Source: an uncultured beta proteobacterium (GTDB taxonomy: Bacteria; Pseudomonadota; Gammaproteobacteria; Burkholderiales; Usitatibacteraceae). Taken from it: a DNA stretch of 64,000 nucleotides. The notes beneath the pieces are model-generated. The model saw only the letters and a list, made by a program, of their open reading frames with translations, had not been told where the DNA came from and did not search any database. The stretch spans positions 3,826 through 67,825 of the forward strand of contig CAWBYB010000004.1 of assembly GCA_963792865.1 (NCBI GenBank), read 5' to 3'. How positions within the stretch are numbered: position 1 is the first letter of the stretch; each line of letters starts with the position of its first letter. The position numbers were made by a program, and so were the translations under genes. This document shows, in pieces, positions 58,608-64,000 of the stretch.

Positions 58608-60599
58608 CTAGCAGCCGCCGCAGGGATTGCAAACTCCTCCGCCGCCCCCACCGCCGCCGCCCCCACCGCCACCACTGCCGCCGCTGCTCGAGGTCGTCGA
58701 CGTGGAAGTCGGCTGCGCCTTATAGCTCGCGAACGCGAAGCCGGTCGCGTTGCCCGGCAACGTAATGACGTCGACCAGCTTGCGTGAGGCCACGTCGATC
58801 ACGTCGACGCTGTTGTTGCGCAGCTGGTAGAACTTCTTGCCGTTGGGCCCGAAGCTGCCGCTGAACGCGCTCGGCAGCGCCATGGTCTCCTTGATCTTGT
58901 AGGGCGCGCCGATGCCGGTCAAGTCCACGATCTGGAATCCATCGATCGCGCCGAAGCCGGTTCCCGTGAGCAGCCAGACCTCGTCGCTGAACAGGACGTA
59001 GTCGGTTCCGCTGCCTTGCTTCCTTGCGATGTTCGCCTCGCTGGTACCGGCGCGGCCGTTGAGACCGTTCAGGATGTAGCCCGGGCCCGGGTCGGAGGCG
59101 TTGACCTTCTTCAGGTACGCGCTGGTGACGTCCTGGCTCACGCCCGACCCGCTGTCCGCGGGCAGCGCCACGTACTGGTAGTCGACGTTCTTCGCCACGC
59201 CCCCGGTGCTCACGTAGCTCACCGAGACCGCATAGGTGGTGCCGTTCACGAAGGGCGCGCTGCCGATGTCGGTCGCGAGGACATACTTGAGGTTGGTCAC
59301 CAGGCGCTGCACCTCGAAAACATTCGACGGGTTGGTCACGTCCCAGATGCTTTCGCTGTTGTCACCCTCGTTCTCCACGGTCATGAAGAACTCGTTGCCC
59401 ACGTTGCGGTTGAGCAGCGAGGCCATCCAGGGGCCCGTGCGCTGGCCCGAGGAACTGAAAGCCGCGGAACCCTTGCCGCCCGCGGAAACCGGCGCGGCGG
59501 ACCGGCTGATCACCGGGACCGGGACCTGGACCACTTGCGGGCTCGCCGTGTCGATCTTGCCCATGTTCACGCCGGTGATCGTGTCGCCGTTCACGTCGGG
59601 CCACCAGGTCCACACCTCGCCGGCGGCGTTGCGCAGCGCCGTCGAGTCGCACGGCTCGCTGTAGGTGTTCTTGTCGGTTTCGGAAGTTCCCCCCGAGGCG
59701 CGGTTGTAGTTGGTCTTGCCGGGAGCCGTCCCGCCGGCGGGCGTGTACAGGCCCGCGAAATGCGCCACCACGCTGTTGTTCTGGTCCTTGACCACGCCCA
59801 GGCGCGGATAGACGAAACGCACCGGGTACCCGAAGGTGGGCGAGTTGGGATCGGTATCGAGGAAGTAGGCGTGGTCGCCGATGCGCTCCGCGACCATGGT
59901 GAGCTTGCCGTCGGGCGCGGGCTCGATGCCTACCGGCGTGTAGCCCATGTTGTGGAAGGGCGGCGCCACCGCGATGGCCTTGGCCATCAGGTCCGAGCCC
60001 AGCTTGGTGTCGATGCCGCTGCGCGAAGAGCGCACCGCGCATATGTCGATGACGCGGGCCTCCTCGTAGGTGAGGCTCGTCCGGTTGAAGTACTTCTGCA
60101 GGGTGGCCCTCTGCTTCGCCGCGGCGGCGTCGCCCTGTGCGACCTCGAGCGCCAGTGCCTTCTGGTCCACGATGCCCGGGCCGATCGTTCCTTCGCGGTT
60201 GCCCTGGACGGAAGGCGCGTTGTATGGGCGCGGGAGCACCTGCAGCGTGTTGGGATCGATGCCCCACACCAGGGCCCCGGCATCCACCCAGATGGGCCCG
60301 TCGTAGAACGCCTGCTTGTGGGTCCCGCCCGAGCCGGAGACGCCAACGACGGCCGTCTTCATGATCTGGTCCGAGTCGAGGTCGACGCGCGCAATGCTGT
60401 CGCCGGTGCCGTCGCCGTCCGAATCGTAGAAGACGAACAGTGCCGGGGTGAGGACCGGCTGCGTCGCGGTATTGAACTGCAGGGTGCCGCTGCTCTCCCC
60501 GCCGGAGCAACCCGCCAGCGCGAGCGCCGCGGCGAAGGTGGCGGCGAGCGGCCACCACATGCGATGTTCCCGATCAACGCGGATGAGTTGGTCCTTCAT
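58608..60599 (-). CDS. Large lipoprotein, probable beta-propeller, with a Ser/Thr/Gly linker and C-terminal CNPCGGC
   Basis: GGAGG RBS, lipobox LAGC, blade-like repeats (APDGK, FGPNGKKFY, VDVIDVASRKLVDVI), 663 aa. Confidence 0.8.
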   Translation of the reverse strand: MKDQLIRVDREHRMWWPLAATFAAALALAGCSGGESSGTLQFNTATQPVLTPALFVFYDSDGDGTGDSIARVDLDSDQIMKTAVVGVSGSGGTHKQAFYDGPIWVDAGALVWGIDPNTLQVLPRPYNAPSVQGNREGTIGPGIVDQKALALEVAQGDAAAAKQRATLQKYFNRTSLTYEEARVIDICAVRSSRSGIDTKLGSDLMAKAIAVAPPFHNMGYTPVGIEPAPDGKLTMVAERIGDHAYFLDTDPNSPTFGYPVRFVYPRLGVVKDQNNSVVAHFAGLYTPAGGTAPGKTNYNRASGGTSETDKNTYSEPCDSTALRNAAGEVWTWWPDVNGDTITGVNMGKIDTASPQVVQVPVPVISRSAAPVSAGGKGSAAFSSSGQRTGPWMASLLNRNVGNEFFMTVENEGDNSESIWDVTNPSNVFEVQRLVTNLKYVLATDIGSAPFVNGTTYAVSVSYVSTGGVAKNVDYQYVALPADSGSGVSQDVTSAYLKKVNASDPGPGYILNGLNGRAGTSEANIARKQGSGTDYVLFSDEVWLLTGTGFGAIDGFQIVDLTGIGAPYKIKETMALPSAFSGSFGPNGKKFYQLRNNSVDVIDVASRKLVDVITLPGNATGFAFASYKAQPTSTSTTSSSGGSGGGGGGGGGGGGGVCNPCGGC
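58635..58715 (-). repeat. Low-complexity poly-Gly/Ser/Thr linker
   Basis: Encodes PTSTSTTSSSGGS followed by a long Gly run with mixed GGN codons. Confidence 0.85.
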
Positions 60600-60682
60600 T
60601 TTCCTGCCTCCTTGCATCGTATGCATCCCGGGCGTGGACCCGGTTGACGAGTATCGCCTGCGCTCTGGCGGCGCTCCGAACC

Positions 60683-61894
60683 TCAGAAGATGAACTGCAG
60701 TGCCAGCGTCGTATGGTCGTAATCCCGCAGCGAAGGGTCAGTCGGATGCTGCTTGTCGAACTTGATCTTCGCGTACTCCAGGCTGAGCCTCAGGTTCTGG
60801 CCGTTGATGTAGTAGTTGACGCCGAGCCCGTCCCACTTCTGGGAGAAGTATCCGCTGTCGACCCCGTATTTCGATCGCTCGTAACGGAAGTAGGGCTGGA
60901 GCCTGCCGATGCCGACCTTGTTCGGAAACAGGTAGGCCCCCTTCACGTAGTAAGCCTTCAGCTCGGAGGCCACCGAAAGCGAGGGATCGGGATCCTCGTT
61001 GATCGCATTGCCGGTGTTGTAGTCGAAGTACGCCGTCGACAGGACGTAGGTTCCGCCCGCCGTGGGGTACTCCATCATCGCGTCCACGGTCCACGCCTTG
61101 TAGTTCTTGATGTCGGTGCGCTGCGTGTAGTTGCCATAGGCCACGTTCGCCTGGTAGTCGTAGGCGGCGCCGATCGTGAGTACCTTCTTGGTACCCAGGT
61201 AATTGCTGTGATAGCCGTAGTCCGTCTCGGGGTCCCACAGCGACAGGTGCACCCGCGCGGTGAGACGCGGCGACTTCTTCGGGACCACGTCGCCCTGGCG
61301 GCCGTCGGCCACCATCAAGCGGTACTGGAATTTCCCGTCGGCGAGGTTGCCCCACAGGGAGACGCCGTCGTCGCGCGTGCCGCCCTGAGCCCCGAAGGGC
61401 GAATAGGCGATCACCTCGGCGCGGTCGATGCTGAGCGGCTCCATGCAGGCTTCGAGGTTCTCGCGGCTGAACGTGTTCTTGAATCGGCCGGCGATCAGGC
61501 GCAGTCCGTCGGTGTAGTCGACCGTGAGGTAGGCGTCGCGGTAGTAGATCGACTTGTCGGCGTTGCCCTGCTTGTCGTCGTTGCCTGACTCGATCTGGAC
61601 GTAGTACCCGACCAGGTCGTTGGCCTGGCCCGCGAACAACAGGCGATTGCGGCGAAAGAAATTATCGTAGGTGCGGCCGTTGTCGGTCGATGACGTGTAG
61701 CTCTGTTCCTGCGACCAGAACTGGAACGCGTAGCTGATCGTGATGTAGCCCTCGTCCCCGAACGGAATGGTCGGGCCCGCGAAGGCGCTCGGCGCGGCAC
61801 CTGCGGCGAGAGCGAGCGCGGAGCAAAGCGCCAGGTGGTTCATCGTGTCGCGGGCTCGCGCGGCGTTGGTCCCCTTGCGGTTCTTCACGGTCAT
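60683..61894 (-). CDS. Outer-membrane porin, ExtI-like (phosphate-selective porin superfamily)
   Basis: Signal peptide, FRRNRL, SRENLEAC.PL.IDR, TRDDGVSLWGN, DPETDYGY...YLG.KKVLTIG, C-terminal LQFIF beta-signal; resembles Geobacter ExtI from recall. Confidence 0.8.
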   Translation of the reverse strand: MTVKNRKGTNAARARDTMNHLALCSALALAAGAAPSAFAGPTIPFGDEGYITISYAFQFWSQEQSYTSSTDNGRTYDNFFRRNRLLFAGQANDLVGYYVQIESGNDDKQGNADKSIYYRDAYLTVDYTDGLRLIAGRFKNTFSRENLEACMEPLSIDRAEVIAYSPFGAQGGTRDDGVSLWGNLADGKFQYRLMVADGRQGDVVPKKSPRLTARVHLSLWDPETDYGYHSNYLGTKKVLTIGAAYDYQANVAYGNYTQRTDIKNYKAWTVDAMMEYPTAGGTYVLSTAYFDYNTGNAINEDPDPSLSVASELKAYYVKGAYLFPNKVGIGRLQPYFRYERSKYGVDSGYFSQKWDGLGVNYYINGQNLRLSLEYAKIKFDKQHPTDPSLRDYDHTTLALQFIF

Positions 61895-62463
61895 TTCCCC
61901 CCTCCGGAAGCGATCTGATAGGTCTTCAGCAGGGTGGGCGCATCGCCCGACTTGTGGCACTTGGTGCATGCCTCGGGCTTGGTCCGCGGATCCTTCGCCA
62001 GGTTGGCGTGGGCGAGATCCTTCTTGATGATCCGGGGATTTCCGCCATGGCATCCGACGCAATCATCGTTGACCGTCATGTGGTCCGTGTGCCAGGGATT
62101 GGACTTCTTGTCCATCTTCGGCGCCTCGGCGCGGGTGCCGTTGTGGCACTTGAAGCACGAGGAAGCCCCGAGGCCGCAGGCATTGGCGATGGAGATGGGC
62201 GCCAGCGCGAAGGCCCGGTCGCGAACCGCGTCCAGCGCCTCGCTGCCCCAGGCCGCCGTCTGCGTGCCGGATACCGGCGGTGCGGCGCGGGATTGTCCCG
62301 CAGTTGCCCGCGCCTGGATGGCGCGCGTTTCCGGCTGCGAGAGCGAGACGAACGAACTCCAGGCCACGGCGAGTACCCAGATCGCGGCCACGGCACCTGC
62401 ACCCATGGATACCTTGCGGGCGACCTTGCGGAAGATCGGCCCGATCCCCTTCATTCGATCCAT
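61891..62463 (-). CDS. Membrane-anchored triheme cytochrome c
   Basis: CFKCH, CVGCH, CTKCH; N-terminal TM helix; GAGGAG RBS; ATGA-coupled to the porin. Confidence 0.85.
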   Translation of the reverse strand: MDRMKGIGPIFRKVARKVSMGAGAVAAIWVLAVAWSSFVSLSQPETRAIQARATAGQSRAAPPVSGTQTAAWGSEALDAVRDRAFALAPISIANACGLGASSCFKCHNGTRAEAPKMDKKSNPWHTDHMTVNDDCVGCHGGNPRIIKKDLAHANLAKDPRTKPEACTKCHKSGDAPTLLKTYQIASGGGK

Positions 62464-62564
62464 TTGCTCCTCCTCGCGTGCCTGTTGTTCGGGTCAGAGG
62501 GCCTCGAACTCGCCCTGCCGACGGTCCCGGATGCCTCGGCGTCGCCCCCGGGTACGTTTTCTAT

Positions 62565-62849
62565 CTAACGGCTGGCCTGCGCGCGCTCTTCCTGCGCCTT
62601 CTTGATCGCGGCTTCCGACGTTCCCCCCGATGCGCAGTCACAAGCGCAAGTGCCGTCCTTGCCACGGAACTTCAGCCGGGACTTCCTCACGCTCTTGTCG
62701 GCCGAGGCCCGGGTGGCGGCCGGGACGCCCTGCGCCGGCGCGACGGCTTTCTGCGCGGCGTCCGCGGGCGCAGCGGCGGCTGCCAGGCACTGCGTCGCGG
62801 CAAGGCCGAGGCCTATCGCGAGCAGGTATCGAAACGATCGTCCCATCAT
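62565..62849 (-). CDS. Small secreted protein with a CACDC motif
   Basis: GGGAG RBS, signal peptide, Ala/Pro linker, RLKFRGKDGTCACDCASGGTSE; 94 aa. Confidence 0.7.
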   Translation of the reverse strand: MMGRSFRYLLAIGLGLAATQCLAAAAAPADAAQKAVAPAQGVPAATRASADKSVRKSRLKFRGKDGTCACDCASGGTSEAAIKKAQEERAQASR

Positions 62850-62950
62850 CGTGGCTCCCGGGATCAACAAGTCGAGGCGATTGCGCCAACCGAAGCTGTA
62901 CCGCTGAACGAACCAATTTATTGCGCACGATCAAAGTTGCGCTTGACCAA

Positions 62951-62966
62951 AGCATGATTTGTGCCG
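62951..62966 (-). promoter_or_regulatory. Sigma-54 (-24/-12) promoter
   Basis: Minus strand CGGCAC-AAATC-ATGCT, exact GG-N10-GC spacing. Confidence 0.75.
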
Positions 62967-63022
62967 CGCACTTCGCGATCGCGTCACAGGCGAGGCCGGT
63001 GCGAAGCGAGACCATCCCGCCA

Positions 63023-63065
63023 TTGCACAAACGCAAGGATTCACTCGAACGATGCCAATCTGCAA
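63023..63065. promoter_or_regulatory. Paired upstream activator-like sites (T/A)TGC-N6-GCAA
   Basis: TTGCacaaacGCAA at 63023-63036 and ATGCcaatctGCAA at 63052-63065, about 60-100 bp upstream of the -24 box. Confidence 0.55.
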
Positions 63066-63083
63066 TCGCGGGCGTACCCGACA

Positions 63084-64000
63084 CTACCGCGGCGGAATCG
63101 GCCTGCTCAATCGATACAGCTCGTAGCCGCCGCCAGTCTGCGCCAGCGCCTCGCGCAACAGAGGAACGGCGTCGGGAGGCAATCGACCCTTCCTTTCCAG
63201 AACGCTTCGAAACAGGCGCTCGTAATGCTTGCCCGGAGAGACGATCACCTGCAGCTCGACCTTCCATCCCTTCTCCTGCGGGGCGGGGAACCGTCCCCCG
63301 AACAGCAAGCGTCCGCCGGGAGCGATGCGCGTGTCCGAGATCTCGTGCTTGAGATCCAGATCGACGTGCCTGCCGATCACCTGCCGAGCGAGCTCCGTGC
63401 GGGCACGGCCGCTCGCATCCACCAGGCGCAGGCTGGCCACCACTTCGGGCACGACGTAGGTGGGAAAGTAGTGCCCGGCGCCAATGTTGGCGAGCCGCCC
63501 CTGGACCCAAATGACTTCCTTGCCGCGGCGCCGCACCTCGAGAGAAACGGTGAGTGCCTTGCGCACCATGTCCGCATCGTGGATTCCGCGCCACAGGTGC
63601 CGGCCGCCGGGCATGTGACAGGACTGGCACGATCTTCCTTGCCGCGCCGCAGGGCTCGCCCGCCATTCGACGAAGGTGTTCTCGAGGAGCTTGCCGTTCA
63701 CGCTGGGTCCGTCGGCGGGGAATTGATGGCAGACCGCGCAGAAGCGGCTGTCCCGGAATCCGGCGTCCGGCGTGAAGCCCCCATGCGGCAGGGCGGCAGC
63801 ATCGCTGGCGCGCTCGGCGCCGCCCCGGGCAGGAGGGCCGTAGCGCGCATGTCCTCGCACGTGACAGGCGGCGCATACGAGGCCTTCACGATGCAAGTCC
63901 GGCGCGACATAAGGCGGCGGCGGCGTGGCGGGAACGTGCGCCCAATGCATCTCCACGGCGAGCAGCGCCTTTTGCTCCGCGAGCGGTGCGTGGCAGCGCA
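63084..64000 (-). CDS. Multiheme cytochrome c (c554-like), 5' end outside the window
   Basis: Truncated xRCHAP at the window edge, then CAACH, CAVCH, CQSCHMP, GHYFPT. Confidence 0.85.
   Translation of the reverse strand, partial: RCHAPLAEQKALLAVEMHWAHVPATPPPPYVAPDLHREGLVCAACHVRGHARYGPPARGGAERASDAAALPHGGFTPDAGFRDSRFCAVCHQFPADGPSVNGKLLENTFVEWRASPAARQGRSCQSCHMPGGRHLWRGIHDADMVRKALTVSLEVRRRGKEVIWVQGRLANIGAGHYFPTYVVPEVVASLRLVDASGRARTELARQVIGRHVDLDLKHEISDTRIAPGGRLLFGGRFPAPQEKGWKVELQVIVSPGKHYERLFRSVLERKGRLPPDAVPLLREALAQTGGGYELYRLSRPIPPR

Noticed and set aside
56225-64000. Selenocysteine read-through in the accessory locus
   Set aside because: The Cys-tail lipoprotein and the CACDC protein end in TAG; the TGA stops seen are ordinary ends or overlaps, and none falls at a motif Cys position.

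Overview
High-GC bacterial chromosome segment, most consistent with a betaproteobacterium (possibly Usitatibacter/Casimicrobium-like; inference from protein style), probably from an imperfectly polished long-read assembly. 1-52 kb is largely core metabolism: GGDEF/DsbA-like/S41-like trio, thioesterase, mnmC, LysR + glyoxylate shunt (aceA-aceB), pqiAABC, a tandem-duplicated (four-ATPase) uvrA broken by dozens of indels, a large fatty/dicarboxylic-acid beta-oxidation and uptake cluster (pim-like genes, Liv-type ABC transporter), an EmrAB-OMF efflux pump, rhlE and pepN. 52.3-64 kb is an accessory minus-strand locus and the best candidate for an undescribed system. A sigma-54 promoter with paired upstream activator sites precedes a Cys-rich small secreted protein, a triheme cytochrome c, an ExtI-like porin, a large beta-propeller-like lipoprotein ending in a Gly-linked CNPCGGC tail, a DUF169 protein, a small exported protein and an ArsP/DUF318 permease. 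A PAS histidine kinase, a sigma-54 activator and a MORN-repeat protein follow, and a multiheme cytochrome lies upstream. The locus looks like a thiol-based metal(loid)/chalcogen redox-transport system. Smaller signals: a probable ATC start codon for rhlE, several leaderless genes, a repeated LysR palindrome, a DnaA box before uvrA, a catalytically degenerate S41 protein, a minimal membrane-fusion protein and a stand-alone 42-aa basic protein. No rRNA, tRNA, CRISPR or IS element was recognised. Family assignments come from motif recognition only; no database searches were run.
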